From positions 3,348,001 through 3,412,000 of the forward strand of contig OZ287067.1 of NCBI GenBank assembly GCA_965645245.1: a stretch of DNA of 64,000 bases. The letters are read 5' to 3'. Every line of letters starts with the position of its first letter. The first letter of the stretch is position 1. The translations under genes and the position numbers were made by a program. Below the pieces are notes generated by a model. It searched no databases and was not told the origin of the DNA. It saw only the letters and a program-made list of their open reading frames with translations. The DNA is from Massalongia carnosa. Lineage: Eukaryota. Positions 29,469-41,315 of this stretch are shown here, in pieces.

Positions 29469-32400
29469 CTACTCACCTCCAGAGCGCATACTGAAGTAGG
29501 GGTCTTGCCAGGTTGGGGCCCTGCTGGGTGGTTGAGAAGACCCAGTATGTGGGGGGCTTGATTTCGGGCTCAGGGCACTGTGTTGGAAGGATCGAACAGT
29601 GGAAGCCCTGGTCATACCGCCCAAGTGCTGGACCGGTTGGGAGTGTTCCATCCATTCCGGACTGTTAGGGATAGCCGGCGGACTGCCGGAGACAACCGGT
29701 TCCACTTCGTCTTCCTCGTCATATTCTTCGACAAAGCTTCCTAAAAGCATTTTATTGATATCGCCTGATGATGGTTCGGTATCGATGATATCACTGTTTT
29801 AATCATGTTAGGTTTACTCAGCTTGCTGAATTCGACTAAGAGCTGTTACTAACGGGATGCCCTCCCACTTCATATCGTTGTCCAATCGCTGCAGCCTATA
29901 TGATGCGTCCGCATCGTTGCCGAATTGGATGAACTCAATACTCACCGGGCGGTCTTTGAGATCTCCAATCGCGTCTCTCAGCCCCCGGACAAAGCTGACT
30001 ATCTTTTGATTCACCTCATCTTTGTCACGCATACCTTCCCAAACCCCATCCGTTAGGACTATGAGAGTGAGATTCTTGAATTTTTCCTTGGAATGGGGCT
30101 TAAGTTCTTCGAGGTATTTACTCAAGATATTGCCCAGCGGCTTCCTCATATCAGTGTGAATCCCAGGCTTAGGTTGGGCCCTTTCGTTTTTCATGGCCTT
30201 CAAGAAATCCGACTTGCCGTTTCGGTTTTCGACTTTGATTGGTCCAGAAGTAAATATAAGATCCATCCCATTCTCATCTTGACCCGAGGCCTTCATCACA
30301 AGTGTTTCGAGAAGATAATTCGCCTCATACCAAAAATCTTTCATCGATTCCGCATTGTCAACAAGGAAGATCTCCGGACGATCAGTTAAAGCTATACAAC
30401 AACGTCGGGAAATTTTTGAACGGAACTTACAATGTCTCGATTACAAAAGTATCTCGAAAGAAGCTCGTCTTTTGGTTTTTTTCTTAGGAGGTTATGCTTG
30501 CGCTTTTCGATTGCCTCACGTGCTTGAAAGACGTTCTGGAACGCATTTGCGGTGGACTTCCGGGGCTTTAGGTGGGGAAATGAAGCTAATGTGGTCGATG
30601 TTCCAGGCGAACCCGAATATGGACGATTGTTATAAAAGGCTTGTATATTTCCCGGGTGCTTCGGAGTATGAAACTGGTCCGGTGCAAGAGGTCCATGCCT
30701 AGGGTCATAAGGCAAAGTGCGCTCCAGTCGTAGCTGACTTACCCTTGAAAGATTATCATAGGTTGTTTCAGAGATCTCTGACTCAGCATTCTGAGCGGCC
30801 AGTGCGGACTTAAGGTACTCAGAGCGATGGGTAGTCTTCATTAAAGGGAATCCCTGAAGCTTCGATTTGCGAGCCCTACGTTCCTCAGCCACTGTCAAGG
30901 ATTGACCTAGTTCTGATGCCGCTCGAAATGTAACTGTATCCAAAAATTTTGATGGAGCCTCCTCATCAACTTCAAGCAATGCTTCCATTATGCTTTCGGG
31001 AATCTGCATTCGATGATGTTGTTGGGTTTGAGCTGAAATTTGCCTCAGCTGCAAGCAGATATCTTTCGCGCTTAGTCTCTCCAGCACGTTTCCCAGTAGC
31101 ATTTTCCGATCAACAAGATCAAGCACTTGGCCCGTAATGGTATCTGTTTTCCGCAGAGCACTACGCAATAACTCGTGCCAACTTCGAACATCAGTCAAAA
31201 CATCCCGTCCGTTATGGAAATAATTCCCTTGATTGAGAGTTACAGCTAGACTTCGAAGTGAGCGAGAGGATTCTTGTTCCTGCATGATCTTCTTAACGGC
31301 TTTCTCTCGCATCTTGCTAAATTGCTGAATGCCCTGGTGTCCAAGGACTACCCACGTGGCGGCAATCGAAAAGACACAGCCTAAGGACCAAGTGTCAATT
31401 GTTTGAGGGACAGCAGTAAGAGTACCCCTCCTTCTTGGATGGCGTTCTGGAGCACCTGATCTCAAGCAAGTCAGAGATTTAGTTTATTTGTAGCTATGGA
31501 GAAGTGGCTTGAGAAAGGGGATGAGGTAGAGATAGGGCTGAATAGGATTACCGTAGGTCTCCGTCCCTCCCAATAGTGTTTCTTTAGGAACCTTATCGGT
31601 TTTTTGCACAAACATAGCAAAGCCTGGATCAGCCAGCTTGAACTTTCCTTGCACACTCAGGATATTGTCCGGCTTAATGTCGGCGTGCCAACTGCTATGG
31701 TAAGCTAAATGGTAAGAAAACCCTATTTGTTACTCACCCATGATATTCCTGTACTACTCCATCAGTAGAGGTTTTTAAATTATGTATGCCTTCAATAGCA
31801 TCGGCAACCTCGAACAATGCCTTCCAAAAAGCTTCGACTTCTGTTTCAAGCACCGGTGGCAGTCTGGCTGCAAAGAACTCGTCGAGATCAGATTCTCCAT
31901 ACTCGAGAAGAATATTATACGTAGTCTTAATTGTCTCTTCTCGTTCCCCTATGATGCCGGCTTCGGTTGAGTTCTGAGGTCGTCGAATTTCTTTGTGACC
32001 GTAGTCAGCAAGATATCGAACCATACCTTCGTGATTCCGGAGACCGTGGAACGCATCTCTCTCGTTCACATAGACCTTTCTATTGCCTTCTCCGAACGTT
32101 TTCAAAGCAAACTGAAAACGCTAGAAACCGGTTAGTATAAAGTAATGTGGGAGCACATGAAGGAACCACGGAAGTATGGTTAGTTTGGTAAGATATGACT
32201 TACATAGCCAAAATCATCCTTCGGATCATCGTACCTTGAGCTCAATGCAACTTCTCTTAGTTTGTGGCCCACAAACTCTTCTTGAACCTCAATTTGCCAT
32301 AGTTGCGCTGTGCCTCCCTTAGAGTTGATTCTTTCTTTCCTACATATTGGAATTATCCTGTTTTTAACATAATCGCGGCTTATATCCAGATCGAACTTAA

Positions 32401-32845
32401 CTGCACAAAAACGCCATTGCATTTCATCAAACTTGGATATAAGCTCTTCCGCGATATTTGAGTCCACAGCAGCGAGTTTTATTTTTAATGACCTTAAATC
32501 AATTGGGAGAGCCCCGTCGACTATTTCGGCTCTCTGAAAGGTGTGAACGAGCTGGCCCGCACCGATTTTGAGGAGTATACTAAATACAATAAGACAGCAG
32601 TAGTGTTCGCCCGGGATTAGTTGTTCCGCCGTGATGGGAAGGCCAGGTTTTGCTCTATCGCGATAGGCAGCCTGAAGGAGACGGCTCGCCCGGATGGTGT
32701 AGCCTACTTTGCTCCTCAACCATTTTGTGAGCTTCGCGACAAGAACATAAGAGCGACCACATGTTGCCTGCATCGTGCAAGCTTCCAACATGTCTAGAAA
32801 CTCGCCAATGGCGGCTTCGTGATCAGGGGGTCTTCTGAATGCCAT
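29469..32845 (-). CDS. Atypical Ser/Thr protein kinase fused to a C-terminal vWA (MIDAS) domain, ~1010 aa, 6 exons
   Basis: Exons 32845-32204, 32120-31738, 31691-31552, 31455-30431, 30371-29854 and 29793-29469 splice in frame. Kinase motifs FALK, HADIKPDNIL, LADPG, YGAPE, DTWSLG. vWA motifs IFLVDNAES, HTDM, IVLTDG, IEFIQFG. Confidence 0.85.
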
Positions 32846-33596
32846 GAGGTTTCTTTTGAGAGGATCTATAAGAGTCAAGGTGCTAGGAGTTGAACATCAA
32901 AAATGGCATCGGTATGATACTCGAGGGTAAGAGGAAAGAACGAAGCATTCAGCTGAGACTGTCGCAAGGCTGTCGCAAGGCTGGAGGTTTCCTTTAGAAG
33001 CGGCCTAGTTAGGTAAAGTAACATACCAGATGAGGGGCACTCCCCACGAAGGCGCCAATGGACAAACTAACTGTACAACTGCAGCTGGGAGCAAAAATCC
33101 TTCTTCAATGGCGATCGAAATGAAACATCTTGACATACAGATACATATAGTCTTTTGACCCTCAGCCCCCGCGAAAAATAGTAACATGAACTTGTTCTTA
33201 CCACAAGCATCTGCCATCTAAGCCACGATAATAAATACTAATTGATAAAGCGAGGCAAAAAACCGCCCAGGATTTCGAAAATGCAAGCGAGAAACCAAGT
33301 TTTCTAGAAAGAATGTTCGACTTTTAGATGTCAAGAGAAACTTTCAAAACTTCTCCATCCAACAGCCCTATCCCATAGAAACCATGCTAAAGCTCAATGC
33401 GTTTCTAGCCTAAGTAGTAATCTCTTCAAAAACTGATAGTTACATTGAATTCAACGCAGTAGATTTTCGGTTAAATTTGAGCTCATCATCCCCACAAAAC
33501 AAACCAAAAGAGCGCACTTTGACAAATTGGAGCATATACTAGAACTATTTCAGGCAATTGTGGCCGCACAGCCGAGGGACACCAGAGTTAATCACT

Positions 33597-35494
33597 TTAA
33601 GCTAGGCTAGCATTAGATACCAATGAGTGAAATGGGAGCAACTCGCGGCTTCGTTGTTTGTTTGCCATCCTGAAGGAGAGATATCCAACGCACAAAGTTA
33701 GTATAGTCAATGGCAGGGTTACTTCTAGCCATCTGATTAGAGCGATCTTGGAGAATTCCCCTTCGAAGGACGTGTATGGCGAAGTGTAGCTGGTCCCACT
33801 AGCACTATTGCTATTCTGGTTCTGGTATTTAATCACATCTGTACTGAAGAAAGTCTTAAGGTTGTTTAGCACTAGCCAGGATTCAGGAACGCTGCAAGCT
33901 TACCGATACAAAGGTTGCCGGAAGATAGATCAAGGTCACTACAGTGATTATTCGCATTGCAATCGCCTCTTTCTGAGAAATTAGTCCGATTTGGTGCATG
34001 CTTATGGTTAAAGCTTCCATTGTCTCTGTTGCCTGACTCTGAAGATGCTGTATTATCTAACTTCTTCTTAGCGCACTGGAAGAGTGTTAGGAAGACATTG
34101 ATGAGATGTCGATACTTACAAGACTTTTTCTATCAGCCGTAATTCGTACAAGGAGTTTAGCGCGTGATTTGTGCATATTTAAGTCATGTATCATATCGTT
34201 CACTTGAGTAGCAAAGGTAAGCATATCCTCAGAGCATTCTTTTCTTAGGGAAAACTCTTTGTTTTCCATCAAGTGCTCATAAAATTTGCGTAAAGATGTT
34301 AGCACATCTACATTGGCTTCCAGAATCATGATTACTTCGTTCGTCTTATCTTCGTAGCTCTGCACAGTTTGAAGATCTCCTGGGATATATTCACGGCGAG
34401 TTTCATGTAAGTCACGAAGGCCTTGTACGGCAATCCGTGTCTGCAAATAGGCAATCAGCACCATAAACTTATCAGCGCAGTCAGGTGTTGCTCACTTCTT
34501 GATCTATTATTTCTTCAAGCCACTTAACATACCATCGCCATCCTTCCGTAGACCAATGACAGTACAGCAAATGGATTGCCAAAGATGCTTTGAATGACCG
34601 CTCCGGGGTCCCAAAGTCTGTGGCTTCTGGTCTCCCATCGTTTCCCGTCACCTCTTGGACCCGTGTTTTGATTTCCAGGTCACCCTTCGCCACTATCCAT
34701 AGCGTTGTGCCTTCTATGATGTCAAACTGATGATGGAAAGCTGCCTGGCGAATCGACCACTCCCTATCCCTCGTATCCGTTTTGGTAGTCGAGAGGCAAG
34801 CTACCGATTTCAGGTTGTAGCACAATTGAAGCTGTCGACCACTTCTACCCAGACTGGGTATCGCTAGATCATGAGGGCGATTCGGGAGCAAAGTCCGCCC
34901 ACGAAAGCCACTGAACCTCAGATCACGTGGCTCGCTCTGGGAGCCGAAGACGGATATGAAGTCAATATAGTCAGGCATGACTTGATGATAGCTGAAAAGC
35001 CGCAGGAGCATTACTTGGGTGATTTTGAGGGGCTTCCTTGAGTGTCCGGCCCAAATAAAGCTGAAAGTCAATTCAAGTTAACAGGCCATCACGAAGTCCA
35101 GCAAGCACCCAGCTCACATGAAGCGGCATATTGGGTCCTTTTTGGTTGCTAATTCTCCTACATGCGTCGGGGTAGGTGGACCAGTAGGCGACGGACCCCT
35201 AAGCCATTCCTCGAGCGCTGAGTCGCTAAGGATATTCTGCCGTTGGAAAACTTCATATAATTAGAATCAAAGTTTACAAGGACGATGAGGAATCCTACCT
35301 TTGGCCTGAGCGGGCAGATCTCGAAATGGAACGTGTATGTCCGCATTATCCTGAGCGAAGAGCTTGGAAGAAGCACTTTCTAATCGTTTACTATAGGCTA
35401 GGAGGGCGCTGAGGTAGGTCGTATGATAGACAAGATTTTGAGGATAAGATTTGAAGCATTCGTACGAACGCTGAAAGGCGGTTAAGGCAGACAT
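33597..35494 (-). CDS. CorA-like membrane protein (~541 aa, two C-terminal TM helices), 6 exons
   Basis: Exons 35494-35299, 35250-35118, 35060-34496, 34440-34120, 34056-33904 and 33854-33597 splice in frame. Long helical stalk, then MRIITVVTLIYLPATFVSTFFST (TM1) and WLEVTLPLTILTLCVGY (TM2), a CorA/MIT-type topology. Confidence 0.82.
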
Positions 35495-35718
35495 TATATA
35501 TATGGGACAAGCTATGTTTTAATTCACTACGATTTCCAACCGGAGTCTAAGCTAAATACATATATATTCTATTTTGAGTCTGCCTTGCCTTAGACCCACG
35601 TGGCAGTGTGCGGGAGGCGGGCACTTGTACATCTCAAGACATGCCCAAGAACCTTGTTGATAACGAAATGATCATGACTTGGCTATAACGATATGCCAAG
35701 AATTTCTGTGGGATTCCC

Positions 35719-36232
35719 CTACAAGTTCTCAGTTGGCTCCTCTGAATCAGCGCGAGGCGGCATTTCGTTCGGGTCTTTTTCATCACGCTCCTTCTCTATT
35801 GCGGTAAAGTCCTCCTGCATTAACAGCACCACCACTAAATAAGCCAAATGGGCGATAACGGTGCCATTGGCTTGTAATGATTGCCAGCAATACTTACCGA
35901 TTTCAAAGACTCGGGTATGTTGAAAATGTAATGGTCTCCGGTCACCTGGGGTGGAATCAATTACCAAGCGCTTGAAGGGGGAATAACGAGTCATCAACAA
36001 CGGAGAAACCTACGCGACGCTCGGTAAATTGATGTTCGGGGAATTTCTTCTCGAGGAAAGCCCTGAGCTTCTCCCATTTCAACCGGTAGACGGGATACGT
36101 TGCTTGTTTGACTCGATTGCGCGTGGCTGGAGCTTGTTGGGCTTGGACCTGGAAGCTCATTGCACGAATGGTCTGTGGAGCAGGGCGACGAAACCTGCCC
36201 GTAGAGTCCGTGGTGACACTTCGACGTACCAT
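35719..36232 (-). CDS. Small uncharacterised protein (96-120 aa), 3 exons
   Basis: Introns 36013..35946 and 35897..35815 with canonical GT-AG ends give ...YRLKWEKLRAFLEKKFPEHQFTERR|VTGDHYIFNIPESLKS|EDFTAIEKER...ENL*. Start at 36232 or 36160. Confidence 0.72.
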
Positions 36233-36386
36233 GGCTAAAGCGTCGAATTTGATGGTTTTACATGTAATTGCCCTGGTTACTGGGCGCTGAGCCAAGAGTT
36301 TTATCGGAAACTTCGACACCTGGAAAACGGGGGTTTAGGCTCATATTTCAAGGCAACTAGCTAACCGTGTCAGCGTGTCAAGAAAC

Positions 36387-36429
36387 TAGTAATCGAAGCG
36401 ACTTGGTAGGCGACTCGCTTCGATTACTA
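36387..36429. repeat. Perfect 15-bp inverted repeat with 13-nt spacer
   Basis: TAGTAATCGAAGCGA (36387-36401) pairs with TCGCTTCGATTACTA (36415-36429). Confidence 0.9.
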
Positions 36430-37094
36430 AGTTAGTTAAAGGCTTTGCAAAAGTCCCGGTCTGGCATGTCCGGCTAGCGGACGCCACATGTGCATACTAG
36501 ACATATCTTGCCCCACCAAAATCAACAACTCCCAACTGTTACTACTACAGCGTTTATTGAACTTCAAATGCTTCATTTAATAATCTGTCATTTTGCCTTT
36601 ACATGCTATTACTGCTCGAAGACGTTCAGGCATTGTAACTACTTTTGGGTTGATAAATCCTTGCGACACATGACTTCATTCCTCATAAATCAATTTCTTG
36701 ATGAATATTCTACTCAAAGAATTCTCCCGCAATAATGATACACCCGTTTGCAAAATGGTGTGCCGAACTTTGAACCCCGAAACTGCGCGGTAAAAAAAAT
36801 TAAATAAGCGACAGAATTGGACCACACACCAGAATTTGATGCAGTAGCACGGCACTGAGGGGTGCTCTCTGCATTCCGAAAGTGATCTGGCACGTGCCCC
36901 GTACCCGGTACGTCACCGTATCTACTTAGGCGCTCATGTATTGCGCCCGCTGGCTAGCAGTACTGAGTACCGCTGTAACAATTTCACAGAATTCGACGAC
37001 TCCTTGCACTTTTGCTTTGATGAAAGTATCATGATGTTTTTGAAACTCATGCGACGAAGAATTAGAAAGGTTAAATTGATTCATGATAATTAAA

Positions 37095-37755
37095 GGGGAC
37101 TAATACCGGGACACTTGACACCCTCATTCTCTAGGTTAACACCCCCCATTAAGCTAACCAGATTGGATAGTTTATCCGTTCCGGAGCTGGAACTTTGAAA
37201 ATTTCTGCACTCATACCTGCATGCATTTCATAGGGCGTCCTACAAAACTCTACTCAACGGAGTTATCAGAGTTCGAACATGTCGAGGAGATGTTGAATGG
37301 GCCTCCGAGGCGGGGACGGGGGCGGAGGCGGATGCGGAGGCGGATGCGGAGGCGAGGTCGGGGACGGGGGCGGGGGCGGAGGCGGATGCGGAGGCGAGGT
37401 CGAGGACGGGGGCGAGGGCGAGGACGGGGCAGAGAAAGGAATGATGAGCCGTCACAAGATGAAGAGGTGGTCTCCGATGAAGCTATCCAATCGATTGAAG
37501 TAGATGAAGTGGATTTGTTTCAGGCCTTTCGAATGTAAATACGAAATGAAGCTCAATTCATTGAAAACGATCATCGAGGAAGCATCAAACGACTGTCTAA
37601 AACACACCTGAATTTCATCAAATCGAGAATGTTTCTTCAGTTGTTTCTGCGTCCGAGGGAAATTTATACTCAATCGAGTTAGCTTACTTGGGGGTGTTAA
37701 CATGGAGAATGAGGGTGTCAAGGTAGTGAAAAGGGGTGTCCCAGTATTAGTTCCC
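37095..37755. mobile_element. Non-autonomous DNA transposon (MITE/deletion derivative), PIF/Harbinger-like
   Basis: Terminal inverted repeats: left GGGGACTAATACCGGGACAC..TTGACACCCTCATTCTCTAGGTTAACACCCCCC..TAAGCTAAC matches the reverse complement of 37678-37755. GGG termini with AAA/TAA flanks; internal GC-rich short repeats. Confidence 0.75.
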
Positions 37756-39648
37756 TAAGATTGTTGATTTGGGCGGGGCAAGATTTTGGTATGGCGTTTT
37801 TTTTGTCATGCGCGTGCGTGTTTCCTTACGGAGTGCTAAACGCCAAGCCGCATTAGTTAAGTTAGTCAGTCAACCCACCAGCAAGAGTAGACTGTCCACG
37901 TGCCTCTCCAAACCAATAAGGAGCCATAACAGAATGGCTTGTCAGCCTTACCCTTTCCCTCGTGACAACGATGGTCAAAAGCCTGGCAGGGCCCCATTAC
38001 CGCCACCCCCAATCAATTGCTGGTACTCTGTAAGTACCCTGTACATCCAATATCAACGTGATGCGGCTCTAACTTCTGTCCAAAGCCAGAAGGTTTCTAA
38101 CGACAGTGCGACAAATAGACAAGTCTTGCTCCAGGCATGCATTTAGAGAAGAGGTGTAGGAAACAAGGTGAGAAAGTCAGACAGTAGTACCACGAGTTGC
38201 AAAAGGCTGACTCGGCGCTTTCCTTTTTGGCCGGATGGCTGACTGACTTTCTATTCAAAGACACCCATGACACAAAAATAGTTCAGCCTCCAGGGCTTTG
38301 AAGAAGCGATACAAGCATATGCCCAGTTTATCGGTTCAAGACCTTGTGTTTCCTTGTTTTAAGTAACAAGTCGATGGTTAACTGACCTGTTTTAAGATAC
38401 TACGAGGGAATTGGCGAAGTAGATTCATATAACGCCTCCACCAGGTCTAAATCCCCCTCCCAAAAACGTCTAGAGAGACCAGATGGTCTGCACCTTCCAA
38501 GGCTGGCACCTTCCTATTTTAGTTAGTTAGCTTAGACTAGTGCTGGTAAAACCAGGCCTTTTGGCCTGGGAAAAATATCATCTGCTTTCTACCTTCAGAA
38601 CGCTTTTCGGGTCCATGGCTTTTCTCAGCATTTCTTACGTAATCATACTTCATATCTATTCTATAGATACAAGCAGGTCATTGTTTCCTTCAAAGGTTCT
38701 CACTAAGCTCGCTTTCCTGGCATCGACACGCTGCCTTTACCCAATCTGAGTGGTTGTCATTTTATGTTTTCGAAATGCTGCGTCCAAGATGATTGTTAAC
38801 CCAGTCTTTGAACTAAAACTTGACGGTCTCGGATGCCTCTCTGGAAGAACTAACTCTTGATACTGGAGGAGCAATTCCGATGTAGTTTTGCTGTACACAG
38901 TCCCCCATCCTCACCCATTCACGTCAGTGTTTGCTAACTACAGCTCCTATCGTCGGCGATCAAAACAGGTAGCTTGAGATTTGGTTGTCTCATTTATATT
39001 ATCAGGAAGAGTAGTTTACAGCATCTATCAGGGTCTGGCTTCGGAATGCATGCCCAGCAGCATATCTTTGGTCTTATGGAAAACCTGATCTATCAATATT
39101 ACTTTCATGAGCAGATCTATCACCTCCCTCAATGTTAGCACCTAGTATTGACCTATTAAAGCTGTTGCATGCTCTGCACTTGACGTGGATTTTTAGATGC
39201 CTCCTGTCTGCTAGCGCCACCAAAAAGCCGTGCCGTTGGCATAGTAGCCATTTTAAAATCTAGCCCTCACTAGGTTCGCTCTAAACCCTTTGACAGAAAT
39301 GATTGGCTGAGAAGTTCTACAAATCGTAGAAGGACAAAAGGAGCAACCTGTAGATGTGCAGATACAAAGAATTGATGATCAAATAAATTTCAAGATAACA
39401 TCGATAGATAAAGCAAGAGAAAACATTCTTCAAATTTTCGAAAATGTAAACGAAAAAACCAAATCATCAAGAACGAATGATCGCCTTCCTTTTAGACGTC
39501 AAGATGAACCTAAGAGTGAGACACTTTCTCAACTTCTGCTCCCCCTCGAAAGGGGGTGTTGTAGCATAATGAAGATGTGGAGCGATAGCAAGATCGGTCT
39601 TTTATTATTGTTCATGTTAAGTTGCAGATCTCCATTTTTCTTTCCCAT

Positions 39649-40191
39649 TCACTTAAATTGTCCTTTCAACGGATCGTTAATTTCTATGTCAGTATCCTGG
39701 AAGTCTATGCCCCAGTAAAGCAAAATATCTTTATAAGGACCGTAGCGGTCACCCGAATCCTTCAAAGCTTGATGAGTCATTTGTTCCTATCAGAAAGAGA
39801 AACGAAGTGAATCAAGAAGCAATAAAATCCTAACAACGTACACGTTCTAGCTTTCTACAGCAAATAAATTCTCCAGCGGGGGAAATGAAGTATTTCCCAA
39901 GTTTCGGCATCGGGTTGCAGTTATCAGCGGTTGTATCTACAACGCGTGAGCAATCCGCAATTGAAAGAATCGAAACATAACCGATTATTTTTTACAAGGA
40001 ATGCAGTGTTCTCTGTTTAATCTGCCCACACCCTCATCACTATTCCATTGCGCCTGTCTTTTCCCAGTGACTTCGCAGCAGAAAGGCTTTTTGCCTCTCG
40101 GGCATTTGTACGGGCGCCGACCAGTAGGCGGGGGAGAATCAGGCGTCGACTCTGGCACCGCTACCGTCTTTCGATCTGATTTTGATTTCAC
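39649..40191 (-). pseudogene. Relic or divergent paralog of the hydrophobin-like Cys-rich gene
   Basis: CPRGKKPFCC...HCIP|YTTADNC...ICCRKLER|...YWGIDF, with introns at positions and phases equivalent to those of the 4207 gene. No 8th Cys and no clear in-frame start or signal peptide. Confidence 0.5.
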
Positions 40192-41315
40192 TGCAACTCG
40201 TGAGAAAGGCTAGTTCATCATCGACGTATTTGTCTTGAATGCACAGCACCATCCGCGAAACCAATTGCCTTGTGACCATCTAGGCATTACGTACTAAAGA
40301 ATCACGTTCCGCAGGTTCAGGGACCTAGGCCTCCCCGGCCAAATTCTCGATGCGTCGGATTCCGGGGTCACGGTCGGGACCCCCGTCATCGTATATCTGC
40401 ACAAAACGCCCCAGGACAAAAACCAGGCTTGGGTGTTGCGTTATGTATATCAAGTGAGCGAGCGAGCGAGCGATGCTGCTGCATGGGGGGGAAGGAAATC
40501 GATCACGTGAAGGTAAGGGGGTTGTGCGAGAGATAAAGTTACGGAATGGGAAAGAGCGGCCGGGGGGTGCGAGAAATTGGCCTCTTAACGAAACAGGTTT
40601 GCTTTGGGTCGTGCGTGTTTTTATGTACCCTTAATAAATCCAAACTGTCATCTTCGTCTTTTTTTTTCTTTTTTTCCATCTTCGCTTTCGGTATTTCTCA
40701 TGCCCGGCAACCCCCACCGGGAGGACATACCATGTTATTCCATTTCCCTCCTCCAGTTTTTTCTTTCTTTCTTTTTTCCATGATATTATTTACAATCATC
40801 GTTCAAGAGAAATGGGGGGGGGGGTTTTGAAAAACCCCATCAATTTCCTCCGAGGGGGAAGAAAGGGGCTGGTGATATATTTCGATATCTTGACTTGACT
40901 CTTACTTTGCTTTTCTTGTCTTGGTTTGACCTAAAAGGGGGAAACGGGGAAGACAGAAAGAAAGAAAGAAACAGAAAACAAGGGAAAAAAGAGGACAAGA
41001 GATGGACCCCGTCGCCGTTGTTTCAGGGATGGGCGCCTGATGGGTGATCATTGCGTTTCCAACGTCCTTTATTGTTGTTGCCAGGATGAATGGGGAGCCG
41101 TTTACATACCCCTGCCAAAGTTTTCGGTAAACCGGATTCTTGTGGCAACTACGCACGGATGGATATCTGCGCTGAAGATCTCTCTCGCGTGTGAGGAAAC
41201 AGCAAACCAGCCAACCAAAAAGCACCATGCTCGCCTACTTATTATCTCCGTCTCCGCTTTTTTGTTTCCCCCCTTCCCCCTTCCTTCCTTCTGGCAACCT
41301 TCTCAAGCCCCTCAA

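Noticed and set aside
37221..37538. Protamine-like Arg-rich gene
   Set aside because: It lies inside the MITE and arises from a GC-rich tandem repeat that is open in several frames.
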